Position numbers and translations under genes: made by a program. 64,000 nt of DNA from Bdellovibrionales bacterium RIFOXYD12_FULL_39_22. Lineage in GTDB: Bacteria > Bdellovibrionota > Bacteriovoracia > Bacteriovoracales > Bacteriovoracaceae. Positions 51,401-60,211 of the stretch are shown here, piece by piece. The notes under the pieces were generated by a model, which made no database searches, had not been told where the DNA came from, and saw only the letters and a program-made list of their open reading frames with translations. Position 1 is the stretch's first letter, and every line of letters begins with the position of its first letter. The stretch covers positions 1 through 64,000 of the forward strand of contig MEQL01000055.1 of NCBI GenBank assembly GCA_001770205.1. Direction: 5' to 3'.

Positions 51401-54400
51401 TAATATTAGAACTAATACCCTCGGCGATGGCATAGGCACTTGCACGCAAGTAAATATTGGTGGCAGCATTAGCTTTTTTGAAATTAGCATTTATTGTCGC
51501 AACTCCGGCAACGAAAGAGAAGGTGGCACTTGTCAGCTCTGTTCCCGTTACGGCCGTAGAAGTGTTAGCATCAATGAAAACTACTTCCGCAGTTGTACTG
51601 CTGCAAGTTTCTATTCCATTTTGTGCATTCGTACTAAGATTGATAGTTTTATTTCCAACATAAGAAGTGGCCGTACCACTACCTCCCAATGCAATGATTT
51701 TAAATTCTTCATTTTCACCCGCTACGGCCGTAGTATCTGCGCCTGACCAAGCTAACTGGAAGGCCGTGGCATCTTGATCTGTTATGTGCAAAATCAAATC
51801 ATCCGTAGCACTGGCCCTTGAGGCGGCAAACGTCATGGCCCCAATACTCATCGAAGGAGGAGTAAGTGTCACAGAAGCATTCGTTGCAATCAAAGCACTA
51901 TTGGTAAACCACTCTATCCCCGCACTGTTTTCAATAAAATTTCCATAAGAGTCGTAAGTGGCACCATAGAAAGTTACCGCGGCCGTAGTGTTAGAGACCA
52001 CTAGTAATTCCGCACTCTCTTGTGCTCCTCCAGTTGGACTGCCGACGCTATTCATAATCTCAACACTGGCAATTGTCGCATTAGGAAGCAAATCAAATCC
52101 CGGAGTAGAAAAACCAAAAATTGGGCCAACACCACTAACCGTTGCCGAAACATCTAAAATAATATTAGTACTCAAATCAGCGTTATAGAAAGTATAAGAT
52201 GCTCCCAAATCAAAAGTCCCGCTGGTAAACGAGGTGGCCGCAATGGTAGTTGGTAATTGATTAACACAAGTTAGATTAGCACAAGCGTCAGTAAATCCGT
52301 TGGCATATTGATTCCAACCAAATTGCATATCTGATACTGGCGGCAAATCCGTAACCGTATTTCCGGCAATATCTTTGGCCACAATTTTTACGCTAACTCC
52401 ACTACCAGCAGTGACATCAGCGATAGTATCTGTCGGGTCACTCTGCCCATTTACCAGCATTATAAAGTGATCAATACTTCCATGCTCAATAACATAATCT
52501 TGTGAAGAACCGTCTCCGTAACTATCGCTAGAAAAAGTAAAATGACGGCCAGCTCCGGCCATAGAATCACTATCAGTTGCCGAAAAGGCCAACATACCAT
52601 TTACTAACGGGCCAGTTCCTCCCGCGATAGAGGCGGAACTAGTTGCTCCAATTCCTGTAATATTAGTAGTACTAGTTGTTAAGACATTAAATCTTTCATC
52701 CACTTCGTAGAATATCACCGGGAAAGACTCCCCTAAATTTTGTGAAGGCCGAGTCGGAGTTAGGGCCGTATTAAGAGTTGCGGCACCCTGCGAGAAAGTT
52801 TGCTCATCAAAATAGGCGACAATGGAAGCACCTACTCCCGGAGCAACACTGTATAAACTAGACACGGCCGTACCGACAACTGTTCCACTTAAATTTTCCG
52901 GTATCAAATATCTCGTTCCTAAAAAGTTTGGATGCGTGTTTGCCGTCATATTGGTTACTTCAAAACCGGCCGTACCATTTACCAATGTAGCACTTCCGGC
53001 CGTTGCGGTAGCAAAAGCATCATTTGTAAAATTGAGCTTAACAAAAGCAGTTAACGTTGTGCGATTATTATAGCTATCGGTCGCCACAATAATTGGAGTA
53101 AATGGAATATTGGCAGTTTGAGTGGCGGCGCTACCAGTGATAAGTGGAGCTCCCACATTGCCATTTTCTTCAAGCGATTCTCCTGGAAGCAGAACTAATA
53201 TTTTTTGATTAGTTGTTCTTGCGCGAACGCTATACGGATTTGACAACCAATTAGTACCAACTGCCGAATCTAGCTGCATCTGTCTGGTGGCCGAAATAGC
53301 AGTCGGAGTTACCGTCCAAGCACTGGCCGTTCTCTTGGTCTCGGTTACTGTTAATCCCACGGAACCGGAAGTAAAAGTAGTAGAAGAAAAAACAGCAGAA
53401 GCATTATTGCCAATATCGGCAAATCCCACAGGGCCAACATAAGTCGTTGCCACATTAAAATGTTTATCCACCACATACGCATTGGTAGAAAAAGAGACTC
53501 CGGCCGTAGCGGTACTGGCCGTTGTAGTTGGAATGGCCAGAGAGAAAGATCCTTCTGGAACTCCTTGAACAATTGTCTCATTGGGTAACAAGATTACCGT
53601 CTGCTGGGCGGGGCCGGCAACAACACTATAATCGGAAGAAGTCGTGCTACTTAAAGTGGCCCCAGAAAAAGTGGCCGACAAATTGTAACCTGACTTGGCC
53701 GCATAGTTAGTAAAGGTTGTTGCGGCAATTCCTGCACTAAAGGTAATAGAGGAAAGAGAGGGGTCGTAGCTGTGATTACTTGATAAACTACTAACCGTTA
53801 CTGCCGCGGCAGTGGTGATAGTGTTATTCCACTGATCAGTTAAACGCAACTCAAGAGAAACTGCACTTCCGGCAATTTGAGTTGTAGGTGAACCACTGAT
53901 ACCAGCGGCGGAATAAAGGTTGTCATACGTTTGTCCAGGCAAAATAGTTAGTACTTTGTAAGGAGTGGCGTTGTTGGCCCCTACCGCGTAACTACCAGAA
54001 GTGTTGGTTTTCCACACACGTCCATTGGCGGTACACGCCGATTCAGTGGTGAGCGTCGCACTACCATCACAAATTTGAGCTATGGTATATTGTTCGGGAT
54101 AAGCGGTGTAATTTCTAAAGGTAAAGGTGGCCGAACCACCCACCATTGCCACCGTGCCGGAAGGCAAGATGCTAGCACTTAGCGCCGGAGAGGTTGTCAT
54201 AAAAACTGGCCCAGTGTGATTGGTAACTTTGGCCAAGCAAGCATTAACGGCCACCACTTCTACCGCAAACTGACTACCGGCCGCAACAGTACTTCCGTTA
54301 AAGGGAGTCCCGCTCACAAGATTGCCGGAGGTGAATGTTTGATTTGGCATCACCGTCAAAAAGCGATCAAAAGCTGAATTGACAACCGCATAACCATTAG

Positions 54401-57400
54401 GATCTCCCGTAGCAAAACTTTCGGTATGTTCATCTATGTAAAACGAATAAGAAGCATTGGGTTGAAAAGATTTTATAATAAAACTGGCCACCCCAGAAAC
54501 AAAAGGAGCAGAACCAGATTGAACTGTTGTTGTCGTTCCAACAGTTACTAAATCGGTGGAGTATCCTGTTCTTACTGTTGCACTGCCAGTAGAATAAGTA
54601 GTATCAATATTGTAGTAATCATCGACCACCAAAACTTGGGCCGTGGCATCTAGACAAGTGCCAAAAGTAAAAGGCCCTCTCACTGCTGATTCGGCCACCG
54701 CTACTCCTGCGTTATGCGAACCTGCGGCCAATGTTTGGCCAGCAAAAAGAGAAATTGCTTTGGTGGGAGTACCACCTACTACCTCGTAATTCAAAGAAGT
54801 TCCAGTCAAGGAAGTTGAAGTAATAGTGATATATTTATCGGCAACTCCCGCCACTGTCGACGCTTTGAAATTTTTCAATCCAGTAAAAGTAAAAACATCC
54901 AGACCGCTAACTGCTGAAACAGTTCCCAGCAAATTTGTTGGAAGCGAATAAGCACTATCTGACATACTCAAAGTTAAAGTTGGTGCACTCGTAGTAGAGA
55001 GCAAATTGTGATACTGATCTGTAACATAAGCAACTACACTGAAGGCCGAACCTGCAACTTGCGTATCAGGCGGCAAGTTAGCAAAAACATCGGCCACCGT
55101 TGCATTGCCTTGTTCCAGTCGAGAAATATCTTCTTGGCCAGGCAAGGCCACTAATACTCGTTTGGCCGTGTTAGGATTAATTGCAAAATAGGAGCTAGAA
55201 TGACAATCAACGTTGGAACAGTACGCAGAAGAGAGACCAATTGTGTGGCTTCCCGCACGGTAGAAAGTAAAAGCAAAAGGAGCACTAATTCCGTTGGTGA
55301 CAGTGATCGAGGCCGGCATTTGCGCCCCATCATCTGTTGGATGGGCAAAAGCAAAAGTAGCACTAGAGAAAGTGGCCACGTTAAAACCAACATCTGTGAT
55401 ATAAATTCTTGCTTGCGTATAAGCAGAGCCGGCCGTCTTAGTGGCGGCAGTACCGGTGAAAGCATCTTCAAAATTATCTTGGCCACCACTCACAAATCCT
55501 TGGCCATCTAAAATCATGGCCACATGTGCCGCGGTATCGCTTATAACTAAAACTTGCTTGTAGTAGCTTCCCGTACCATTGGCCGTTGTCTCTGAATAGG
55601 TAGGAAACACTCGCAACGCTTCTGGGGCCAAGTATTTTAAATTATCAAAGGTGGCAATTCCGCTTGTAGCAAGCACGGTTGTCGTACTGCTTGTGGAAAA
55701 ATAACGAGTAGTGGTTGGAGATGAATGTAGCACGGCCTTCATGATGATGCTGCCAGTGGTATTATCCCACAAACGGTTATTGTAACTATCAAAGACACGA
55801 GCAACAATAGTTGGCGAAGACCAAGTCTCTCCAACATCATAGGTTCCAGATGGAGAAGTAGAAAAATCTAAGTGATGCGCAACGGAAGGAAGAACTGAAA
55901 TAGTAGGAGCGGCCAATGTGGTAATGCCTGTCGCCGAGGCTCCATTGAAAGAAAATGTGTAATTGTTACTTCCAGCAGCAGAATAAGTTAGTGTTTCATT
56001 AACATCTGCTTGGCCAGCAGAAAATAGTTGAATAGAAGTTGTTGTTGAAGAAGTTGGAGTGTGAATTATATAGCTGGCCGACCCATCCCAATCAGAAACC
56101 AATACTCCATTATTATCCAACGCGCTTAGCTGACAATCAGTAGCGCTTCCGGCCACCACAGTGGTCGAAGCACAAGTCAAATCTAGCTTCGTAGGCAATC
56201 CGCTAGACACTGTTATTGGATGAGTACCTATCCGACTTGAATCTTTATCTTCCACGACTAAAGAGCAAGGAAAAAGTGAAATTGGACAGCTAACATTCAA
56301 AACAAATGTTGCATCAGGGGCGGTCAATTTACCAGCGGCAAAAGTATATATTCCATCCGGCGGATTTATTGCCGTAGTTTGAATAATTTCACTTTTTGTC
56401 ACCGAAAAGGCCAAATCTAATGCAGCCGAACTCTCTACTCCCGAGTAGACAAGATTATCATCACTATCTTTGATTATGATATTTTGTGCAGAAATTTCCC
56501 CACCATAAGTAGTCGCAGAGATAGTGGTGGGAGGAGGAGCAAAAGCAATTTTACTATAAGTTCCGTTCGCAATAGTAATGTTCATTGTTCCATCAACGTA
56601 TGTGGAGGAGGTTCCATCTCGCCAGGTAGCAACCAACATTGGAGGCCTAGTATCTTCGGCGGTAGTTAGTAGATATGTTTCACTATCCGGAACATCGCTA
56701 ATAAAGACTTTATTGTTGTATGTGTTGGCCGCTTTTTCTGATTTGTTAAAATTAAGCGTTATACAGCGAGCATCATTAATTATCTTGGCCGCACGATAAC
56801 GCACAGAACTTTTATACAACTTCTTACTACCCTCTGGAATAAATGTACAAACGCTGGCCGTGTCGGTAGAGATTATCGTTCCAGTAGTAGTAGTTGCGCA
56901 CATCGGAATGCTATTTTCATAAGTCAACATTCCGGCACCTAGACTAGCAGTACAAATATTTCCATATTGGTCATAAGGAGTAGAACAAATTTGCAAAGAG
57001 TTTTGGTCGGCAGAAAAAGTAAAGACAGTTCCACCGGCAGTTGTATAACCAATTGGTTCATTGGCACCACCAGTATTATTTGTTCCTGTGGGCAGTGTCG
57101 TATAATTTATCGTAGCGGTAGTCGGATCTGAATTGTTATGAAAATGTACCACATCAAGCGGGCCATGATTCATTGCAAAGGCAAAAGTGGCAGTATAACT
57201 ACCAGCACTAGGAACAGACATGGTTGCGGTCATAGTGTAACTCTGCTCGGCCTTCGGAAATTTAGCATGGATGGCATATACTGAATAACTCGCACCATCG
57301 TAAGAATACGCCACCGGAGATAGCGTCGCTTGCACTGAAGTTATTGTGGGATTAACTATAGTGGTATTTCCAATTGTCGGCATCTCTCCAAATAGCGATC

Positions 57401-60203
57401 TTGTCGGAACTGCTCCTGCTAAAAATGAAAAAGTTATAGTTCCATCAGTAGTCGCATCCAACCAGTTTCCATTTTCATCAGTGGCCTTAACAATAACTGA
57501 AGTATCGGAATCGGTGGCTGTATAAGAATTTAGGGCCACTCCTATTTTCTCCCAATCTCCCGGAGTAACTTTTAATGTGACATAAGAGGTTGCACTCCCG
57601 GAAGCATAAGAAAGGCCAGAATCATCAAAAGTACCAGTAAATGCTGATGATAATGCTACTACTCCCGATCCCATAGAGACAGTCCAAAAACTTGGATGAC
57701 TGCCTGTTAGCATTGCAGTGTTATCTGCACTAGTGGCCGCCAGACTTCCAAAGAAATTCCATGAAGTGTTGGAAGTATCTGCCGCAGTTGCCAAATAATT
57801 TCCAAACTCATCTTCTAAAACTGCCAAATAGGAAGTTTGCGTGGCAGAAGTTTTTAGCAACTGACATGGCGTAACACTACCGCTTCCACACTGATAATCT
57901 ACGTTGTCGTGATTGGTATCACTCAGGCCTCGACATAAATTAGGAACGAAATCTGTAGAAAATACAATCTTAACCGCATCATATGATTGGTTTTCACAAA
58001 TGGCCGTTGGTGTGCCAGAAACATAGCGCAAGTTAACACGTTTAGGCGGCCCACGATAAATAGTGATAGGATTATTAGTACGATAATTTAAATGGCCGGC
58101 AAAATAAGTATAATAATCATCATCTCCATACCAGCCAGGAAGTGGGCCAGCAAAATCATAGGTGGTAGAGGCAGCAATCGTTTCTAAAAAGTCTCTTGTA
58201 CTTAATGGATATCTGGCCTCAATTGCCGCCACTCCAGAGTTAAAAGTATGAGTCTGGGTATCAACATGAACAAATGGCCGATAATTAGCATCTCTAAACA
58301 TTATTTTTAAGTCAGTAGATCTTCCGTTTCCAAAGCTCAAACGTATGGTGGGAGTACCATCAGTACCAAGTAACCAGGTTCCGGTGGTAGTAGTTGGCAA
58401 ATATTCCTGATTGTAGTCTTCAAGCGAATAGGAAATAATGGGACGAGTCCCTTTGCTATCTACTCCATACGCAGAACCACTACTATTTGGATAATTTGTA
58501 ATCGGTAGTGATAAAACCGGGTCTGATCCATCGGTTGTCGAATTAAATCTTTCAATACTTATTCTAGTGTCATAGTAACCATTGATCTTATCGCAGGTAT
58601 TACCAAACTTATCTTTAAACGAAATTTCGACTGGCGTAAATTGTCCGGCCAGGGCAGAATCATTGTTTGGATAATCACACCTCGTCCTATCCAAACAACT
58701 ATTCATCATCGCCCGAATATAACTCGGACGATCAGCATTTACTGTTAATCCTAGTCCCTCAAAAGTATATGTCGTTCCATCAAGCGTTAATCTGGGAATT
58801 AGTTTATTTTGGTAACCAATTTTTGTTGGACGATAAATTAATCCCGTTGTTCCCGCAGCACTTGTACCATTTGTAAAAGTTAACTCTGTTCCAGCAACAT
58901 TTGTCCTTCTCAAAATTGTTCCAGTTTCGGCTGTTCTTAAAAACATCGTTGGATCTGGAGTGGTCCAAACCAAAACATCACCAGCGACATCTCCAACATC
59001 GCGCAGATAGTTTCCCGAACTATCAATGACTGCCGCATAAAAGGCCAAAGAAGAAGTATCGGTGGCAGTCATCGTCTGTGCTCCATAGACTTGCGCTCCG
59101 AGATTTTCCCGATTTATCTGAGTATTATCAAAAATATCTGCCGCAAAAGTGTAGCTCGGCCCATCCATAGAATTGGCCACAACTACACCACCTGGAGATC
59201 CGGGGGCCACGTAAATTTCTACCGCGGTTGCATCATAAAGATTGGCCTCATTTCCTGCCTGGCCTTCTCGATTATCACTAACCCAAACTCGGGTAACTCC
59301 TGCGTTGTAGATAGTAACTGCCTCAGGTATGGTGTATTCACCGTTAAAAAAAGTATAGGTTGTTGATTGATTGGCCGGAGGCAATACATTTTGACGTCCA
59401 CTCCAACTAGGATATTCCTGATAGGAAAAGCTTAGGGCCCGCGGAAAATTATCTGCCTCTTCTGCAATATTTTGTTCAACGTCAGTAATTGCCAGTTGAA
59501 AATTAAATGGCACTCCCGCATCTTCATAATTTCTCCGTCGAGCAGCGACCTGTGCACACAATGCTTCTTGTTCGCAACCAAATTCTAATGAATATTTAAC
59601 ACAAAGAGCATTCCAAGTATCAACGGAAAAAGTATTATCTCGACAATCTCTAAGCGTCATTGATTCACTGTCAAAAATTTGCTCATAGTATGGGTGAGTA
59701 TTGCCAACTGTAGTATAGTGGGTAGTACGCAAATCTATCATCGCAATACTTTCCATTGCACTACCAGGAAGAACTTTCAAGTTAAAGGTATTGGAGGCAA
59801 AAAATTTTGTGGCCGAGACATTAATGTCAAAAGAACCTCCCGATGAGCCTAAAGTCGTATCTCCAAACTTAATAGCAGTAGAAGCATAGCCCGCTGAATT
59901 GGTTTTTGTTTTGGGTGTACTAATTGTGATAAAAGATGAATCAAAGCCCACAACATTACTATAGCGAAATGCTATTGCCGTATTGGCAATCGGGTTACCG
60001 TGCATATCGACGAGTCTAACTCTAAGTGGTTCATATACAGATCCCGGTGCAACCGTTTGGTTATTACCACTAACAATCACCAGCGAAATATGTAGGCCAC
60101 CTTTTTCGATTTCCTCATTTAAATTTTTGGTACAAGAATAGTTGCCCAGCAAAGCTAGCACTAGCAGGATGGAGGTCAAAATGGTGTCTAATACTCTTTT
60201 CAT
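42444..60203 (-). CDS. Giant (5919 aa) surface lipoprotein/adhesin: Ig-like repeats, propeller-like region, LamG, fibrinogen-like tip
   Basis: Signal peptide with Cys (LLGNYSC); invasin-like IVSGNNQT...LVDMHGNP; dozens of S/T-rich repeats with D-x-(Y/F)-(G/N)-N; LamG-like FHGCFDELAI; fibrinogen-like DGWYWI...YCDMSSDGGGWT; terminal ESWAIDN. Confidence 0.85.
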   Translation of the reverse strand: MKRVLDTILTSILLVLALLGNYSCTKNLNEEIEKGGLHISLVIVSGNNQTVAPGSVYEPLRVRLVDMHGNPIANTAIAFRYSNVVGFDSSFITISTPKTKTNSAGYASTAIKFGDTTLGSSGGSFDINVSATKFFASNTFNLKVLPGSAMESIAMIDLRTTHYTTVGNTHPYYEQIFDSESMTLRDCRDNTFSVDTWNALCVKYSLEFGCEQEALCAQVAARRRNYEDAGVPFNFQLAITDVEQNIAEEADNFPRALSFSYQEYPSWSGRQNVLPPANQSTTYTFFNGEYTIPEAVTIYNAGVTRVWVSDNREGQAGNEANLYDATAVEIYVAPGSPGGVVVANSMDGPSYTFAADIFDNTQINRENLGAQVYGAQTMTATDTSSLAFYAAVIDSSGNYLRDVGDVAGDVLVWTTPDPTMFLRTAETGTILRRTNVAGTELTFTNGTSAAGTTGLIYRPTKIGYQNKLIPRLTLDGTTYTFEGLGLTVNADRPSYIRAMMNSCLDRTRCDYPNNDSALAGQFTPVEISFKDKFGNTCDKINGYYDTRISIERFNSTTDGSDPVLSLPITNYPNSSGSAYGVDSKGTRPIISYSLEDYNQEYLPTTTTGTWLLGTDGTPTIRLSFGNGRSTDLKIMFRDANYRPFVHVDTQTHTFNSGVAAIEARYPLSTRDFLETIAASTTYDFAGPLPGWYGDDDYYTYFAGHLNYRTNNPITIYRGPPKRVNLRYVSGTPTAICENQSYDAVKIVFSTDFVPNLCRGLSDTNHDNVDYQCGSGSVTPCQLLKTSATQTSYLAVLEDEFGNYLATAADTSNTSWNFFGSLAATSADNTAMLTGSHPSFWTVSMGSGVVALSSAFTGTFDDSGLSYASGSATSYVTLKVTPGDWEKIGVALNSYTATDSDTSVIVKATDENGNWLDATTDGTITFSFLAGAVPTRSLFGEMPTIGNTTIVNPTITSVQATLSPVAYSYDGASYSVYAIHAKFPKAEQSYTMTATMSVPSAGSYTATFAFAMNHGPLDVVHFHNNSDPTTATINYTTLPTGTNNTGGANEPIGYTTAGGTVFTFSADQNSLQICSTPYDQYGNICTASLGAGMLTYENSIPMCATTTTGTIISTDTASVCTFIPEGSKKLYKSSVRYRAAKIINDARCITLNFNKSEKAANTYNNKVFISDVPDSETYLLTTAEDTRPPMLVATWRDGTSSTYVDGTMNITIANGTYSKIAFAPPPTTISATTYGGEISAQNIIIKDSDDNLVYSGVESSAALDLAFSVTKSEIIQTTAINPPDGIYTFAAGKLTAPDATFVLNVSCPISLFPCSLVVEDKDSSRIGTHPITVSSGLPTKLDLTCASTTVVAGSATDCQLSALDNNGVLVSDWDGSASYIIHTPTSSTTTSIQLFSAGQADVNETLTYSAAGSNNYTFSFNGASATGITTLAAPTISVLPSVAHHLDFSTSPSGTYDVGETWSSPTIVARVFDSYNNRLWDNTTGSIIMKAVLHSSPTTTRYFSTSSTTTVLATSGIATFDNLKYLAPEALRVFPTYSETTANGTGSYYKQVLVISDTAAHVAMILDGQGFVSGGQDNFEDAFTGTAATKTAGSAYTQARIYITDVGFNVATFSSATFAFAHPTDDGAQMPASITVTNGISAPFAFTFYRAGSHTIGLSSAYCSNVDCHSSSYFAINPNTAKRVLVALPGQEDISRLEQGNATVADVFANLPPDTQVAGSAFSVVAYVTDQYHNLLSTTSAPTLTLSMSDSAYSLPTNLLGTVSAVSGLDVFTFTGLKNFKASTVAGVADKYITITSTSLTGTSLNYEVVGGTPTKAISLFAGQTLAAGSHNAGVAVAESAVRGPFTFGTCLDATAQVLVVDDYYNIDTTYSTGSATVRTGYSTDLVTVGTTTTVQSGSAPFVSGVASFIIKSFQPNASYSFYIDEHTESFATGDPNGYAVVNSAFDRFLTVMPNQTFTSGNLVSGTPFNGSTVAAGSQFAVEVVAVNACLAKVTNHTGPVFMTTSPALSASILPSGTVAMVGGSATFTFRNYTAYPEQYTIAQICDGSATLTTESACTANGRVWKTNTSGSYAVGANNATPYKVLTILPGQTYDNLYSAAGISGSPTTQIAGSAVSLELRLTDQWNNTITTAAAVTVSSLSSNHSYDPSLSSITFSAGIAATTFTNYAAKSGYNLSATFSGATLSSTTSSDYSVVAGPAQQTVILLPNETIVQGVPEGSFSLAIPTTTASTATAGVSFSTNAYVVDKHFNVATTYVGPVGFADIGNNASAVFSSTTFTSGSVGLTVTETKRTASAWTVTPTAISATRQMQLDSAVGTNWLSNPYSVRARTTNQKILVLLPGESLEENGNVGAPLITGSAATQTANIPFTPIIVATDSYNNRTTLTAFVKLNFTNDAFATATAGSATLVNGTAGFEVTNMTANTHPNFLGTRYLIPENLSGTVVGTAVSSLYSVAPGVGASIVAYFDEQTFSQGAATLNTALTPTRPSQNLGESFPVIFYEVDERFNVLTTSTTNITGIGATSSASIAGGTGPLVNGMLAFSATDSDSMAGAGRHFTFSSDSYGDGSSQDYVIEHGSIDHFIMLVNGQSDPTDTIADVTAGSGVSVKIVAKDIAGNTVTDLPPVSDMQFGWNQYANGFTDACANLTCVNQLPTTIAATSFTSGTFDLGASYTFYNADLSTNIILDVSATVSGVGPIFGFSTPGFDLLPNATIASVEIMNSVGSPTGGAQESAELLVVSNTTAAVTFYGATYDSYGNFIENSAGIEWFTNSALIATNASVTLTPPSMSIGAMTFAASRASATDDLILHITDQDATAFQLAWSGADTTAVAGENEEFKIIALGGSGTATSYVGNKTINLSTNAQNGIETCSSTTAEVVFIDANTSTAVTGTELTSATFSFVAGVATINANFKKANAATNIYLRASAYAIAEGISSNISIEPNATAACHQLRSQIAGAGEVYTNGFNIASDAQATFYDAKYDLAGNYIGDVAAASTTFSFSSGLEGNDALDTIRALGNGVDGATKQEIILTSTDPDITISNVNVIPGSFSYYVSLLPETAIKQACATSAELSALANGSASAFSDSIAGQVAAGANINLQIVQVDKHCNITSDSSQPYLYHSFSFFNASNIVNAEGTTFYATAATATSLYFALDGTYGDSISAGKIYNASDAYSNRIVLRSCGTSASCGTVATTTSLPVDIVAAVGSGVPSLKFNGVGITTSQLSGSAYNSTQPFTFSVSASDQYGNSDGALVSATWNVVSTIGSSTYKIPFILEDSSTTFVAATTNTGTYLILDTASPGTGTAFSGSLNVLATVAGVTNSSGTFTIYEQGAYSFTAKYKNDTDSAEVARVGEAAKVIITAKTGVGGTATNYSGTKRIKLNITGPGIDSEVSCVDGLSHDPILQSQPSGTIITFTSGEATIPGVVLLKTGAQTTINVDNSLEINKYQISNSSGPTAATTQSGYNPKCVKILTSATATELTSYSDVTFNLSTVSSVTLSTKGLDAYGNLISGTLTSPSVTWSGDLTSILTTTPIITSSAATSQVVFLPNIASGTAVLTIASGSYKINEADSVSINVYVVPGVHKHLALLLPGDDLVTESAATPTGFDCSVSLNSSAINTASRLSIGAGDATTFRIYSLDERCQLSSSPSDRYVRLSYTAPSGSSVTNYSGTSFTNFVSYASGSTLISFSSGSSRHDVATNTFFAAANNNVTVTLADCTTSCGGVFTTSAFAVVSDPAAAFTFKGLNALNNTTVIAGSGYHAILNAIDQYGNIGSAFDGAKTFTWSFENVTALDQAAIGGTSIMPSGSGAVTETFALGTIGSSSAVFTFYNASNASTKIIATDGTIYGTSPALTISKSATSNVCIRTALDGGGAVFDATSLTTLTADSSVPMYCATYDTVGNFVANATTASWSGTGSIVTASDLSPNTGSTTTFNARVAGTNIGQVDCTVASVGTAHSGQFSIDPGLFNNFLLTVSSPTDAIPLGTQVTFTAVARDADINVLGASFAPGAMAFTTYGMGTSPEGSADTGFTFVAANFTNGTAVVNATLYEAISSKQFSIVETTTGSHPSGWLLLSTTTPVFDHYAVHTLTGTQLGDRATAFGLTVDARDAWGNPAANSETFTLFANKTGGDEPLVDTIVNGTSSGVATSYTFSNLLYGVSHAINIRATSSAGTTPASLQLPATFDPSIAGLESFALDFAGLTSGTSGSGIGATVYAKDYVGNDITGVDGALDALSYSLSCSGAHNAPDGTPPAAVMLTSPNFANGVASNRASFTFYKAESFNLSTCSVSAAGTSGAAAAVVFTVDPGTTSNYFITTNTAMPINADGATDFDVILSVSDLWGNPIASSGHGDLTLVPQAASGQIVGTVTNNTGTFDLSAASSGTVMGLHYNDFGNLFFTLSSASSGSVPSNSVTFTFQSTAETVEEFVLSVVTGTSATAGFPFALTATAKDSVGNIITDIDLLLESGAYAFAGLEDLAFESPSGSPPSYDSFLVPDFIGGVMNTNITFVNAGSFANNSFIFANNIANEPSSVLSDNFYVHPGATNNLSFSGPALITAGDCNAYNLSRADVYENSITGRAETFSFIGASTGSFYTAAGCGVSTTTLLLDATDNGDVYYKNIHRENLTLGATFGAVSDSMAVTMDPNSTLGSLKILNVANNGGSLTFVAANEFDATAFDGTVDSLTFYSAVFDQFDNFYSEASATWSLTTTDVNVGLASPTLATSATLTNLLQGIEETVVNASGVDFAAGLTASSDAIIFGEDGAYYFVFTFATSPQAGQVAVTTIDAKTKVGNPANSYDGIKEIIFTTTTKPTPSLALLENMCVNTSFTNYATINGVALDSASTATVTMSFVNGHADATTIFTVAENVAVTFTAARVGRPALSGETIISSILADATSCVRMLDEPYIVGGEAVDIATLGISNMSVDNSFEVYPSAFDKFGNYMAISTAAANSWGAGGSLAYTVADYTGCIAGVNCVSLVGVKEGTGTLNFTFGTFTSTTATIYIDVAGVPAERLANSVSEVCDSSSDTFCSAVRDVLSGDDILASYYWDASGESWRTSYTNASWYTEASGTSSVRGPKKEFPSHAFIIGTSSGIDIVDAKTNKVWMKFAKGVNRAYPNWTGPNAITATDGRIYAGFNEGFVELNFKRDRFYRVETNTGTTSQYYGSGIVNRNIATTTGGSIFNSMMSLGQIRSLDTLSTSTRNYLVIGGSTNVALANIASGTAAATYGFVQISDIGDTSRKVEMSLNDTAATPTAGFVYFTNANNNVVRYRANYPVSPSTAPAWNSAYTYSTQISGTSWNEINDMKVITNASNISDTAPSTNNTLLLATDTGIVDIHERMNAAQSSVRRIITKGDDSTFTFGGPATYGNVVCLGNETGNTNTHLRLGDGMTFQPNDLSYVFRFMALSDSADKVLVEHTHQPADLLNSSGNFQLYIDSGNNIVVEIRAWNQSITTRKTFFITGPTITIGAWYSVKLILSNTNGGTSHLYVNGIEYALTFDAGYRFNTEYVGADTREVYVGADGSGNNAFHGCFDELAIINDGTSFSGAIPVAFELYQKNANVAMLYHFNETGDKFYNSAEYGVVAGSVYTSATVSGDPNVWSAYPYLPGDVSDGNIFTQIAINTTTASLGTLSEMIAAKYVGVDSSSYIYKIPFAHKIELSKAASHYTFNSSNVKSIFAFQRDDVNDYDLAFGTEDGFIKRVYPQVEYDSDYPGDSYKNPTVATASACNTILSSDLSMQRQDGWYWISSNTNGTFAAYCDMSSDGGGWTRVVYDNPQGTMDNVTMTTTTKMWMRWDGGMSYINGLFNVTSNLNNISMQGISHDSLKFSSRLYSIDSWDNENVTITFPGGSTQVYSKDYNALPTAAYSTGWNNINNIDIDNDSYEYDGHWIQDKTVAHSDDTASFTFIGTFNESTANESWAIDNIMIWIK

Positions 60204-60211
60204 TTTAACTA